A stretch of 64,000 nt of DNA from Octopus vulgaris (Eukaryota), in contig OX597817.1 in NCBI GenBank assembly GCA_951406725.2, forward strand, positions 133,424,001 through 133,488,000. Reading direction: 5' to 3'. A program made the position numbers and the translations under genes. How positions within the stretch are numbered: the first letter of the stretch is position 1; every line of letters starts with the position of its first letter. Positions 1 to 13,534 of the stretch are shown here, in pieces. A model generated the notes under the pieces. It ran no database searches and was not told where the DNA came from. It saw only the letters and a program-made list of their open reading frames with translations.

Positions 1-898
1 TTCATTGATTTTCTTTTTTTAATGTTTCGAAATTGATATTTTGTTATTAAATATGCCAATAATTGAAAAAATAGTCTTCAAGATTAATGATAATTTTATC
101 TTCAGAATCTGAAACCAAATTTATATATTGACATTTTGCGATGATGTTTTTTTTAATGATTAAAAAAGTGAAATATGCTTTTTATAGCTGAACCAATAAC
201 TGCAAAACAAAACAAAAACAAAAGTTTTACTAATGAGTATTCGTATTTTAAGCTGAAGAATTAATTAAAGAATATATTTTTATTGAGCTCTAGCAAATCG
301 CAAAGAAGCTGACAACCAAATGACTGGATCCCCATCTTCATAAATATCTTTATTATTTTATCCCAATTTTCATTAAGTATAAAAACTTTTAGAGTTTAAT
401 TACTCTCTACTGATTTAAAATAATTTAACGTATATAATTTAATACGATATATTTGGACATGACTAGAAATAAATGAAAACTGACTGACATTAAAAGAGTT
501 GCACAACATTCATTTTGTTGGAATAATTCTGTTGAAATAATATTCTGCTCTTATTTTTAATTAATTTTGAAAATAATGGAGAGTGTAGTAAAGTAACTTT
601 ATCATTATCAATCTGGTGATTGGAATATAGATTTAACATGCAAGTTTGTTGGGAGATTTCTATGCAAATCTTATTACAACAATAAAATCCTTGGAAACAG
701 ATTTTGAACCAGACATGGTCATGGCCATGTGGTAATTATTTTTTTAATAATTATTCTTAAATGACATTATGGTGATTGAGATAAACGGTAATGATTGTGA
801 ATATTTCTTCTCCAGAGAGACTGTCATCTTTGACTGTTTCTTCTTCCTATACAAAATTCCTTTATTGGTTTGAAACAACAGTGAAAAAGACAAATTAC

Positions 899-925
899 CA
901 GGAAACAATGGTTTCCTGAGTTCAC
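899..925 (-). CDS. Candidate Shal micro-exon (9 aa)
   Basis: ccattttccctccag|VNSGNHCFL|gtaatt. 27 nt, phase 0-0; the donor is only moderate. Confidence 0.22.
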
Positions 926-1631
926 CTGGAGGGAAAATGGCAAGGAATTGCTGAGGGCAACAAATGTAAAAGATTTTCAAGTTTTGGGGAAAAGAAATGT
1001 TTGAGAATGGTAATTGCCGTTGTCTGCAAGATAGAAGTACTAAAAGATGAAGGTAAAAAGCACCCAATTCCTTGAGGTAGCTGTTCCAAAACTTAGCCTT
1101 GCTTCTTATTCCTCATCACCACCATTAGACAAAAAGTGAAGCTCAAAGCATTTTCCATTTATTTTCTTTTATCTTTCAAGCTCTAAATACTTTTTAGTTC
1201 ATTGGGACCTAAAAACGAAGAAATGTCAATATATTTACTGGGAAATATTGCAAAATTGAATAAGTAAATTTAGGTTGGCGGCAAATATCGGGGCCTGTAC
1301 TTAATCCTGCAGCTTGCGAAAATAGCAGTCAAATCTTCCTCAATTCATACCCCAGTGTCTTAAGAAGAACCGAAAGGAGACATCAGATAATGCAGCTCTT
1401 TATAGGAATGTGTGTGTGTGTTCTTTTTCAGGGATTAGAAAAATTGAAGGACTGCTGCAATAATTGTATGTACGTAAAATCATAATCAACTGATCCTCTT
1501 GTATTTTCTGTCCCCCCAAACCAGGAACTTTTCAGCATCCTCTCACATATATGGACACACACACACAAAAATTGATGTCTATCTATCGATTTCTCCATTT
1601 TCTTTTTGTATACATAAATGATAATAGCGGC

Positions 1632-1825
1632 GGTAAAGAATAGGACACCAGCCGTTTTCGGCGCAACAAAAACCCTAATCCTAACCCCAAACCCTAACCC
1701 TAATCCGAACCCTAATCCTCACCCGAATCCTAACCCTAAACCTAACACTAATCCTAACCCTAATCCTAATCCTAGCCCTAAACCCTAACCGCAACCCTAA
1801 ATACCAGGTGTACGTATTCTTTACC
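1632..1825. mobile_element. MITE-like element with internal degenerate (TAACCC)n repeats
   Basis: Terminal inverted repeats ggtaaagaatag.acacc / ggtgtacgtattctttacc flank a telomere-like array. A second copy is at 5890-5997. Confidence 0.75.
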
Positions 1826-2358
1826 CATTTGCGTCGATGAGAAGCTAACATCTTTTTAGTATTTCACTGGGAAAAAAAACGGGGTAACCCTCGCAATATA
1901 TTTGGGCAGACATCAGCGATAGGTGGCCCAAGCAAGTGGGAGTTTCTCCGTTTTGACGGGGATTTTTCAGATTTAGTTTTTTTTTTCGCTGTGTCCTTGG
2001 GGATGATCTGGAGCAGCATTTTAGGAAAATGGAAATTTTCGAAAAATCCCCCCCCCCTGCCTACCACCTCTCAAAAATTATAGGAGAAGCCTTTTCGGTA
2101 AAAAATAAAGAGAGTTTTGGCTGTTATTTCTAGCATATCACTATTTTCTTCTCATTAATAGAATAAACTTATATTATTTTAAAAAAATATTCTTGAAAAT
2201 TTATGGTTTTTACCAATCCTAAACCTACATGTGTCTTATGATAAGAGTATATGAGACAAGGAAGTGATAAACCATTTCTGATTTCCATGTGTTTATATTA
2301 TTAAATGTCTTGAAAATAAAAACATGTCTTTCCTTGCGTTATTATTACCTCCGCCTTA

Positions 2359-2758
2359 AGGCGGTGAGCTGGCAGAACCGTTAGCATGTCGGGCGAAATG
2401 CTTAGCGGTATTTCGTCTGCCGCTACGTTCTGAGTTCAAATTCGCTGAGGTTGACTTTGCCTTTCATTCTTTCAGGGTCGATTAAATTAAGTACTAGTTA
2501 CGCACTGGGGTCGATATAATCGACTTAATCCGTTTGTCTGTCCTTGTTTGTCCCCTCTGTGTTTAGCCCCTTGTGGGTAGTAAAGAAATAGGTATTTCGT
2601 CTGCCGCTACGTTCTGAGTTCAAATTCTGCCGAAGTCGACTTTGCCTTTCATCCGTTCGGGGTCGATAAATTAAGTACCAGTTGCGTACTAGGTTCGATC
2701 TAGTCGACTGGCCCTTCCCTTCCCAAAACTTCAGGCTTTGTGCCTAAAGTAGAAAAGA
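2359..2758 (+). mobile_element. tRNA-derived SINE with Nin/Deu-like domain (partially duplicated)
   Basis: Head gagctggcagaa...gagttcaaatt (A/B-box-like), followed by gactttgcctttcatcc.ttcggggtcgataaattaagtaccag. Related copies near 6300-6480 (-), 12335-12710, 14583-14760, 42045-42250 (-) and 49341-49555. Confidence 0.75.
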
Positions 2759-2769
2759 TTATGACGTCC

Positions 2770-3138
2770 TACTAAACGAAGGTGGAGGTATTGTTTTCAG
2801 TCGTGTTTGTTTGTCCGTGGATGAGATATCTCAAGGACCGCTGGATGGATTCGGATGAAACTTTCAGGGATGCTTGGCCTCGTGACTGCCAAGAACTGAT
2901 TAGATTTTGGGATCGATCCGATTCTGGACAACAATTCTGGATTATTTTTTCGATTTTTTTCTAATTTGTTTTTTAAACTTAATTTTTGATAGCGACCAGG
3001 TTCATTTTTAGTATTCTCGTTTATGAGAGCAGTCGAGTTTATTTCAGATATTCTCATTTCAAAAACCATCTCCAGCTAATCGTTGAGAGGACGTTGGTGT
3101 TGCCATGGCGGAGGCTTGCACTCTCTGGGTGCTCTTGT
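2770..3138 (+). mobile_element. Helentron/HINE-like non-autonomous element
   Basis: Ends ggcggaggcttgcactctctgggtgctcttgtt. Its 5' tacctccgcc arm is at about 2346, separated by the SINE. Closely similar to 12716-13096. Confidence 0.55.
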
Positions 3139-3974
3139 TATTATTATTTGCTGGCTTTCATTCGCCCTATATGATATCATTTGGACGAATAATTGTAGCT
3201 TTCTTTTCTTCTTGACTATTACTATATATAGTAATTATTAATTACCGAGATAATTTAATTAACGGTAACCCTCCCACTTAAACCTGTTTGGTTGAAATAT
3301 TTGCTTTCTTGGTTTCATTATAGAAATTCGAGCAGACGACATTGTTGTTTAGCCCAAGGTCAAGCTTAATAGGATCAAAGACATTTCAACAATGACTAGC
3401 AGCTCTTTTTCTTTCTTTTTTTATTTTTTATTAGGCATAGTATACTTTGGCTACATTATTTAAAATGCAATTTTTTTAAAGATTGTAAAGCATGTTTTGA
3501 ATGGATGTTTGGCTGCTACTTCTTGCAAATTGAGCGCTCACAAAGAAGAGCACGTCTGCTGTTGGCTGACAGTTATTAGCAGCCACAGCTCTTAATATTG
3601 ACCAATTTTGACAACTATTCTGTTTTTAATAAAAAGAAAAAGAACATTTCAAAAATATTTAGAAAAACTGTAATTCTTTCTGTTCATATATTTCTATTTT
3701 TAATGTGGAATTCAATATTGTTTGTAAATTTGTAGTTTGAAATAACATTGATGAAAAATATGGAAAAACAAATTAATTGCAAAAAAAAATAAACCTGAAA
3801 TTTTCATCTCTTAAATTTTAGTAATTCCAGTATTTTTATTACATGATTCAATCATATATTTTGCTATGTTACTATAAACCCACAAGTATTTATGTAAGAG
3901 TGGCAAATATGACAAGAATGTGTCGAACGTCTGAGAAATAGATTTTCAGGTTTTACACAGCCCTGTCTACTCAC

Positions 3975-4013
3975 TCCCGAAGGTAGAACAGAAGAATAAG
4001 TAATTCGACTAAG
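3975..4013 (-). CDS. Candidate Shal micro-exon (13 aa)
   Basis: ttttgtaattttctattctag|LSRITYSSVLPSG|gtgagt. 39 nt, phase 0-0, strong pyrimidine tract and donor. Confidence 0.42.
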
Positions 4014-4189
4014 CTAGAATAGAAAATTACAAAATACATAAGATATATATATATACATCAATATTAGCGGTTGGGAGGCAGTTGCCGGCAACCGTGGAGA
4101 ATGGCGACGTACAGTAAAAGAGGGAATACAAAAGAGTGACAGAGAGAGAGAGGAGAAATGGAAAGAAAGGAAGAGACGTAAACAAGAGA

Positions 4190-4380
4190 CTATGGCACTA
4201 CAACCAGCCAGGAACAGTCTTCGCTACATTTGCGGTACCTGCCAGAGGGAGTGTTTGTCCAGGATAGGACTACACAGCCACAGCAGGAAATGTATCAGGA
4301 CATGAAATATAAAAGCCGGACTAGACTACAAAAAAAACATGCGCAACTCCATTGTCTCCCGAGACAGAAAGGATGCCAAT
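4190..4380 (+). mobile_element. RTE-type LINE 3' end relic
   Basis: Translates YICGTCQRECLSRIGLHSHSRKC, matching the CxxC..SRIGLxSHxR motif at the C-terminus of RTE ORFs. Followed by a short UTR and a (TA)n tail. Confidence 0.65.
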
Positions 4381-5889
4381 ATATATATGTTAAGGGCATT
4401 TCTACATATTATAAGGGACTCTTAAAGTGAAAACTACCTTGATAAATATACAGTTTACCAACAGCGAGGGATTTACGTGTAGTAATGCCCTTAATATAAT
4501 AAATGTATTTAAAAGGGAATAAATTAATTACATATTTTGTATAAATTTTCCCCTTAACAGGCGCGAGCGACCTTGACATTACATACATGCATCTGTACGT
4601 GCATGCATGCACACAAACAGACACACAAACACACACACACAAAGACACGTACATACATTTGAGACTCAACTTTGCCTTTCATCCTTTTGAACTCGGTGAA
4701 TGAAATGCCAATTCAGAAAAGTGAATTGGCGGAACTGTAAAAAACGTTGGACCGGGTGCCTTGAGCTAATTGCTCCGGCTCCCTCTGATCCGAGTTCAAA
4801 TCCGGGTAGGGTTTACTTGAGGGCTAGACTTAATCTGTCACTCGGTTTAACACCACCATCTAGCAATTTGGATCCTTTAAGCGAAGTTCACTCTATTGCA
4901 GGTAATCGAGCCTGGCACCCAAATTTGAAGATACCTTCTTCCATTCTACCTGTCAGAGTCAAAGGAGCTGTAAAGTGACATGAGCACGGCCTGTTCACCT
5001 AAGAGAAAACCTGTTATTTCAGCTACCACTGGATTTAACATTCCTTTACACCCAGGAAAGTTATTGTCAGTGATAAGAATAAATCACGCTGCTAATGTAT
5101 TTGATATTTACTTAGTTCTTTTAACGTAAGTGCCTAAATAACGTAATTCCATAATTTCTAACTCCAGATAGAAAAAAAGGGTTGTATTTGAATTGTTTAA
5201 ACGCGTTATGTGGTGAAATGATTAATTCCGAATTTGGTTTATTATATTTTAAGTCTTCAGAACTCAAAACAGTTTTAAATTTGTGTAAAGATAAAGTACT
5301 AATCCGATCAACTGCCAGAAATAAACAAATGACTGCTTCATAAATATTCTTGATACTTTTAAATTGCAGAGAGTTGTCTCCCTTACATTCAAAGTGTTGG
5401 TTCTATATTTGACTCTGTGTTACTGTGAATGATTAATCAGGTTACAATAATTAAAATCTAGTAGATCAGGTCTTTTCCACCGCTGTTTCGTGTTTGCTGC
5501 ATGGACTGGGGCGAGTCAGAAAATACCACGATATTTAGAAAGCTTCAGTGTTAATGCACCACTCCCACACCGGTGCATATGTGCATTTCTTATCAACGTA
5601 ATACAGTGCACACTTCTCGGTAGACAGCTGACTAGGGAACTTCCTCGTTCATGTTAAATATGGTTTTATTCACACGTTAATGTCTCTATCTGCTCTCTGT
5701 TACTGTTCTATTGACTTTGTTTTGTTTTAAGTGTGGTGCAAGTTCTTTGGTAGCGTGTGTTATAGGGGCATATCGGATGGGTGTGTGTGTAATCATTAAA
5801 AAAAATTGAAAAAGGCCATTGGTGTGTATTAATACAAATACATTTAGCGTGACATTCATTGTGTTGGGAATCGAAAAGAACTGGACGGA

Positions 5890-5997
5890 GGTAAAAAATA
5901 CGTACCACCCATTTTCGGCGTAACAAAAACCCTAACCCTAACCCTATACCATGACCCCTAACCGTAACCCTAAACACCGGGTGTACATATTCTTTAC
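5890..5997. mobile_element. Second, shorter copy of the (TAACCC)n-containing MITE
   Basis: Same TIRs and the same ttttcggcg.aacaaaaacccta junction as 1632-1825. Confidence 0.75.
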
Positions 5998-8192
5998 TTT
6001 CGTCAAGAATCGATAATCGCTTGACTAAGCGGGGAATTAAACTATCAAATGCCTATTTAGAAAAAAATTTGTTATATAAACTTTTTCAAATTGTTCGATA
6101 CTTCGGTAATAAATAAAATGAATTTGCAAAATTTTAATTTGTGAGACAAGTGATTTATTGTAATAAATAAATAAATAAAGCGTGTAATTTATTCGAGAGA
6201 TTTAGTTGGCATTGTACACAGATCTTTCTGATGGGTTACTGGGTAGATTTGAATCTATTAGACTAAATGTTTTAATATTAGTTACAAATTTTGGCACAAA
6301 GCTAGCTATTTCGAGGGAGAGATAAGTCGATCATATCTATCCCAGTTATCAACTGGTACTTAATTTCTCGACCCGGAAACGATGAAAGACAAAGCCGATC
6401 TGGGTAGAATTTGAGCTGAGAACGTGAAGACGAACGAAATGCCGCTATGCTCGGCGCCGTAACGATTCTGCCAGCTCGCCACGTCAACATATATTCTAAT
6501 ATTAATGTATAATCATATATTCTAATTGAAGTCCACAAAACATTATTCTGATTCTACCAGTGGTAACATAATATGGAAGAATGAGCATCGCTTTCCTCAT
6601 GACTGAGCGTCGTGCGGGGGAGGGGGCTCAAGCACAACAACTACCCGACACCAAACAATTCACTCTCGTATTCTGAATGAACAGATCTCGAATTAGCCAG
6701 CCCTTATTACAGCTATGTTATTAATGATAGAGTGCTTTTTCGTTGGTATATCTAGCAGGTAGTTCCACAACAGAAAAGCCACTCCCGGATATGTCAAATT
6801 GTGGCCATTAAATTGCACGTCATTTTTGTTTAAAAATGAGGTTTGTTTCTCACTTAAAAATCACTTAAATTTCCAATTGAGATTTGTTTATCCAGTGAAA
6901 TTTAAATTTAAATTTTTTTATATTACAGAGCGAATGTAACTCAAATTACAGTGCAACATATTTATTTTATTTATTCATTTATGCATTTTTTGTAATTATG
7001 GTTGATAAAGGCAATGAACTACATATTTCAAGTTTCAAACTGTAGAATGTCTAAATTTTTGTAAAAATCGTTTAAAATAGGCTTCAATATAAAGGGACGT
7101 CAATATTAAAGACTTTTTCTAAGAGTAGTGTCCCTTGTTTGTTGAACGTAGTAATCGTCAATTTAACTAAACCTAAGGTAAAAGCGAAATTTATTTTGTG
7201 ATGCTCATGTTTTCACCGAACTGAGTTATGGTGCAGGGGGAATGGACTGGTTTCTATTGAAATTGAAACAGATTTCAAATTTCATCTTCGATGCTATTAG
7301 TAGAAGAGGCATGCTCAAAGTGCCATGCACGTGGTTGTGAGGAAAGCTTATTTCAGCTATAATCAATAAGACTCTATACGTCTAACATGCGTACAACACT
7401 ACAGGATATAGTAAATTGGATATACTGCTGGTACCTTTGATATTGATCTCAATTTTGAAGCAGATGTGAGAAAATGTTGTAAGGTAATCCAGCATACAAT
7501 AGCATATTGGCATCTATTGTATAACTGGTTTTATTTTATTCCTCTCATGGGATGACAGGTACAGCTGACGACAAACTTGCTCTTGAAAGTAGATGCTTAT
7601 GGGACCTGCATTATACAGTAGTTAATTTTCCTGAATAAAACAACTTTCGATTGTGGTCGTTGCCAGTGCAAGTAGCAGGTGAAAAACACCGTTTGAGCAT
7701 GGTCATTGCCAGAACCGCCTGACTGGCCCTCATGCTGGTAGCACGTAAAAGCACCCACTACGCTCTCGGAGTGGTTGGCGTTAGGAAGGGCATCTAGCTG
7801 TAGAAACTTTGCCTGATCAGATTGAGTCTGGTGCAGCCTTCTGGCTCACCAGTCCTCAGTCAAACCGTCCAACCCATGCCAGCATGGAAAGCGGATGATA
7901 ATGAATTAATTTTTAAAATATGCTAGAATTGTTTGCAAATTAACATGAACCTTGTACAAGATGTTAAGTAAAAGTAACGATCGTTGAAAATATCCTTATT
8001 TAATGAATACATGAGTAGCAGCTTATTGATAGATGTTGTTGATATTCATAAGGAATATAGCATGAGAAATATTGTAAATATCTTTGTTGGGATTTGGAAT
8101 ATGTTGAAATATAGCATAGATGTCTATGTTAGTATAGTGAGAAATATACAGTGCATATTTAGGCCACCAAGTCGGGAAATAGGGTCAGTTAA

Positions 8193-8398
8193 CCATTTTG
8201 ATACCAACTACCTGAGACCAGTTCTCTGAGAAAACTTCCATGTTTTAAAGTGGTCAAAATTAAAATCTTCCATCAAAATTTTATGATTTAAGCCTAATAA
8301 TGACAAAGTTTTGTTTTTTTTTACTAAAATCTTCATTATTTTCAAAACTAATTGAAGTGAGGGTAGTATATTTCTTTAAAAATATGGTTACAAAAGGG
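8193..8398. mobile_element. piggyBac-type MITE
   Basis: TTAA|ccattttgatacc ... ggttacaaaaggg|TTAA. A related copy in the opposite orientation is at about 58021-58237. Confidence 0.7.
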
Positions 8399-8984
8399 TT
8401 AAATCAACTTCAAGGCATTAAAGGATTTATTTTATAATCTCCTCAATGAATGATAGGTGAACTGAACTCTACTAAGCTGTGAAATGAAAACTTAATAGAT
8501 CTAAATATCACCCATCATGAAATCTGGTATCCTATTCTGTATGCCAGTTCATCAGGCTTCTGTTATAATATATTAAAGTATTGTAGATATATGATGTGTG
8601 TGTGTGTGTGTGTGTATTGAGTTTTGTTTATATTGAGCAATATATTCGTTTAAAAGCACAATATGAGAGAAAGTGGGTGGAAGGAAAGATTTTGCAAAGA
8701 GACATAATGAATATATATATACTTGTCTGAAACAGAATAACATTAGCGGAAACAACAACAATTTAGAGTTTTCAAAAATACTCAAACAGGAAGTGGATAA
8801 GGGAAATGCTGGAGTCATGTAATTTCTAGAAGCGAAGTGCTACAAGAACTTGGAATTAGTAATACTCTAAATATAGGATTGGTAAGCCAGGAACATTGAA
8901 GGAAAATTGACTGTTTCAACAGCATAAATTTGAATGAAGTGTCAGTGCCAAGGCTCTTACTGCAATCGTGTATGCTTTTCTCAC

Positions 8985-9104
8985 CGGTTTGTGTTCAGCA
9001 GGCTCTTCACTTGTATAGTTGTAATAGTTCCATGTTAAGACACGTTCTATTGACTGCATTTCTTGTTCCATACTTGATGGTAAGCGTGTAGTAGAATTCA
9101 ACCC
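8985..9104 (-). CDS. Candidate Shal alternative cassette exon B (40 aa), paralog of exon A
   Basis: attctttag|GLNSTTRLPSSMEQEMQSIERVLTWNYYNYTSEEPAEHKP|gtgaga. 120 nt, open in phase 0-0. Confidence 0.72.
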
Positions 9105-12100
9105 CTAAAGAATATAGCACACTAAGTAGACACATTGAAATCTTAAACTTATATTTAAAAAATATAGGATTAAGTGGGTGAAACTAATAGCAGATTGATA
9201 TCTTATAACCCTAGAGGGTACCTCAGTAATGTATAAAGGGGATAAATGTTTAGTAATCATTTATTTTTGGTAGTTCAAATTCAGCCATGTAATGATGGAA
9301 ATAATTCTCTCACTGTATATATTGAAATTTCATTGAAATGCAAAGGATTATGTGTTTAAATTGAAAACAACCCTAATTTCAGTTTGATGCAGTTGTTTCA
9401 AATATACTAGTTCTGAGTAAAAATGTTTGTGATGTAAAATGAATATGTTAAATATTTATATAACTAATTATGGAAAATGGAGAAGACTACAGTGGGGTGA
9501 GGGGTAATGAAAACAGAAAGTTGTAGTAAATATGAGAATAAAAACAATAGAATTAAAATTGAGATTGAATTTTTGGTTAGTTCAGAATATAAAAAAATCA
9601 TGGACATTATGATTTAAAAATGGTGTTTGGCAACAGTTTTTAAATATATAGGTTGAAAGAGTACTTCCATTTTAATGTACATAATGGTTATTTCCCTTGT
9701 GAGATAATGATAAGCAATGATGTCTCCTTTGATACCATTTCATTATTTTCTTTTAAACTCTCAGAGTGTGTGAATATAAATGTATGAATTTATTACTGTG
9801 TATACAGAGATACAAATGCATACACATGCATTTAAATGTAATTTTAGTTTTTGCTCTTCTGGCATGTGTATATGGGTCAGAATAGTTTATGTATGGCTCA
9901 TCTCCAGCTCTAATCTATTGGCATGAAACTTTCCAGCCCATTGTGGGTTTTACTTTCAAGTAAAGGATTTTTATGTTTGTGGTAAATACTATTGCTTACT
10001 TTAAGTATTTAATTTCTTTTTTTTTTCCCCCTACTCTGCCTCTTACAGTTATATAGCCAAATACCCTGACTAATGCCAACAATACACCAATTATAGATTG
10101 GAGAGTATAACTTCCGATTACTCAGTAATACACATTTTTGTGTTTTTATGTGTGTGCTTGTGTGTGTATGTATATATATCTATATGTATGTGTGTATGTT
10201 TATTCACAAAGCTAAGTCGTGTTTACCAGTATTGGCTATATGAAATCTTTACAGATGCATGAGCATAAGAATACGCATGCATATATCCCAATTAGTGACT
10301 TGTTTTCGATTGTTAAACATTTTTCTGTATATAATGTCTATAATTCCATTTCCTTTGATTTTAATGTAAAATAAATATTTCTCCTCAGGAAAAATTTCAT
10401 CTCATAGGGCAAAGAGAAATGAGATGATATTTACAGAACTGAAGTATCTAAAAGTTAATTTATTTTTGCTATTTTGCATTGTTGTTATTTTAGCAAGTAT
10501 AATATTAAAAAGAAATACATATTGTTTTTCTCATTTTATCCATTACTCGCATAATTTTGTTTGGTGTTCACAATCCGAATTTCTTAACTTGGAGTCTTTC
10601 AACATTTTGTAAGTTATTTATTCGTCTATTTACTTTCATTTGTACAAATTTTTCTGTTGGTATCTTCTGATAGTTTTTTTATACAGGTAATTCTGCCATA
10701 TTTCATAGTTATGTTGATAACCATAATCACCTATGATATGCATTTAACCAATTAAATAATGCATTCATTCAAAAATTATATGGTTCAAAATGTAATATAT
10801 GACCCCATTTTTAAAACCCCATTTGAAAGAAATTTCAAGGTTTTGTGGTTAGTTGACAAGTAAGAATGTGAGGTTCAATCATGAGATTAGTGAAAATGTG
10901 CTCAGGTAATACTGAAAATTATTTAACGTATGACTGAGTTAAAGTGAAAGAAGGAAGGTTTAACAAAGCTTTGCTCAAATTAAATTCAGTTTAACGATGT
11001 TGAGAAATGTATGTGCATTAAAGCAGAATATGAACAGTTGAAACTACACTACAGTGCAAATTCATATCAAACCAGCATGGAAATACACTAAACTAATGGT
11101 GACAGTATTGAAAAATTTTGCCTGTGTACAATGCCAAATTTTTTGAGGGAAATCTATTTGGGCATCAGTGAGAATAACACTGAAAGTATAGTGACAAATC
11201 AAATAATGTTAGGCATTTGGTCACGTGATCTTTAATTTCTGCTAACACACTATTATTGATATCAGTGACATTGATAATGTCAATCTTCAGTCTCTTTATA
11301 TAAATCCAAACATAAATTAAAATTAAAATGTTTTCAGCACTATTATTTGATATCCTAAAATGTCACCTCAGAAACAAACTACACGTTGGTAAACTGAAAT
11401 ATTCCTAAAGAAAAGAATACTGAATTTTTAATGTAAAAATTTCATTTTAGAAAATATTTTCTATTGTTCATTTGATATGTAATGTAGAGGAGCACTTTAT
11501 GGCTTTACTTTTTGCCTAGAATGTACTGTAAAAGACAGATGAACAAACTCTAATAGATGACATTCACCAGGTTGAGGATAAAGAAAATTGTTGGGGCACT
11601 GCAGTTTGACCTGTGTTGGACAACAGATTACTGTTGATATCTACATCCTCTGCAGGAGCCCATGGGTGGATGTGAAATTTGCTCTGCAAGCCAATAAAAT
11701 GCATCTCGGTTATAACACTGAGCTCAGTCTCACATAATATTGATTTACAGCTAAGAGAAACAAGCCAGAAATAGTTGAATGTTTCTTATCAAGAATATGG
11801 TTTAGTACTAGTGACAGGATAGGAGCCATCGATCTTTCAGATCCTAATGACTCAGCAGCCAGTTGTAACTCTAAGACTACTTGACATCTTTAGTGAAGAA
11901 TTTAAAGCAGAATATAATCCTTGACTTGAAATAAAATATAAATCTAATAATTATAATGATTTACTGACAACCTGTCAGTGTTGATTTTGGATTTTATATT
12001 TCTATGTTTAAATTCTAGTAAGTTTAACTCGGCTTTTAATCCATCCAGAGTTGATGAAATAAATACTTGTGATTTACTGGACGCAAGTGAACTAGCACTT

Positions 12101-12715
12101 GTTTTATTGTATTATAGAATAGTGAATGGATTCTGCATTGGTTTTTGACAGTTATTCCAATTGTTTGATCAACAGAATTACATATTCAATGAATTACAGT
12201 GTCTGCAGACTAATATTTCACAGGCTTATATACCCTTAATGTATTCTTAAGGCAGAATCATCATGCAGTGTGACAAAGATGTCTCATGTATGTAAATCAC
12301 TACCTTATTATTATTATTATTATTATTATTATGGTCGTGAGCTGGCAGAATTGTTAGCATGCCCAGCAAAATGCTTTGAGTCATTATGTTCTGAATTCAA
12401 ATTCAGCTGAGATTGACATTATAGATCAGCTTCCTCCTCGAAATTTCAAGCCTTGTACCTTGAGTGAGAAAGATTATTATTGCTGTTGTTATCGTTTTTA
12501 AGGTGGTAAACTAGCAAAATTATTAACATATCGGATAAAATGTTTAGCAGCATTTCTTCCACCTATTTACTTTCTGAGTTCATATCCCACTGAGGTCAAA
12601 TTTGCCTTTCATCCTTTTACAATTGATAAAATACTAGTCAAGTACTGGGGTTGATGTAAATAACTTATACCATCCACCTAAAATTGCTGGCCTTGTGCCA
12701 AAATTTGAAACCATT

Positions 12716-13096
12716 ATTACCTTCGCCTTAGCGAAGGCGGATGTATTGTTTTCAGTCATGTTTGTTTGTTTGTCCATGAATATGATATCTCAAGAACCGC
12801 TGGATGGATTTGGATGAAACTTTCGAGGATGTTTGGCCTCGTGACTGGCACAAACTGATTAGATTTTGGGATTGATCTGGTACCAGACAAGGATTCTGGA
12901 TTATTTTTATTTTTCTGGTTTTTTTTTTTTTTACTTAAATTTTGACAGCAATCAGGTTCACTTTTAGTATTTATGTTTGTGAGAGCAGTCAAGTTTATTT
13001 CAGATATTCTCATTTTAAAAATCATCTCTGGCTAATTGTTGAGAGGATGTTGGTGTTGCCCCTGGCGGAGGTTTGCGCTCTCTGAATGCTCTTGTT
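12716..13096 (+). mobile_element. Helentron/HINE-like non-autonomous element
   Basis: 5' hairpin ccttcgccttagcgaagg, 3' subterminal ggcggaggt plus short stem-loop, inserted in a TT/ATT context. Second copy at 2770-3138. Confidence 0.55.
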
Positions 13097-13534
13097 ATTA
13101 TTATTATTGGAAGAGTCATTATAGTTTTGGACAAATGTTTTCACTCTATTACTAATAGCATGTTAAACATGTGCTGGTGCATGGTCTTATGGTTAAGTTA
13201 TTGGGCTTTCAATCATAATGTTTTGGGTGGCATGTTTTGACCATGAGCAAGGCACTTCATTTCACATTCTTCCAATCTATTCAACTGAACATGAGCACCA
13301 GACAAGTGCTGGTGTAGATTTCTCTCCCCTTCTAGCTGTCACATCCAGAATGTGCCACTGGATGAAAGGGTATGAGAAGAGGGTGTCTGTGTTTGCTTGT
13401 GACTACATAGGTATCTGAAATAATCAACAAAGCGAACCTGTCATGGGGTCCTGTTTTCGATCATGTTTGGATGGTGATAATGATTGTACATGTAGCCAAG
13501 CATACTTATTTGTTGGTGATGGCCGGCTCTTTAA

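Noticed and set aside
1670-1800. True telomere or chromosome-fusion scar
   Set aside because: The array is short, degenerate and enclosed by TIRs shared with a second copy.
11751-11884. Plus-strand acceptor followed by a 44-codon open frame (similar case at 19574-19746)
   Set aside because: No recognisable protein and no linked upstream coding exon could be established.
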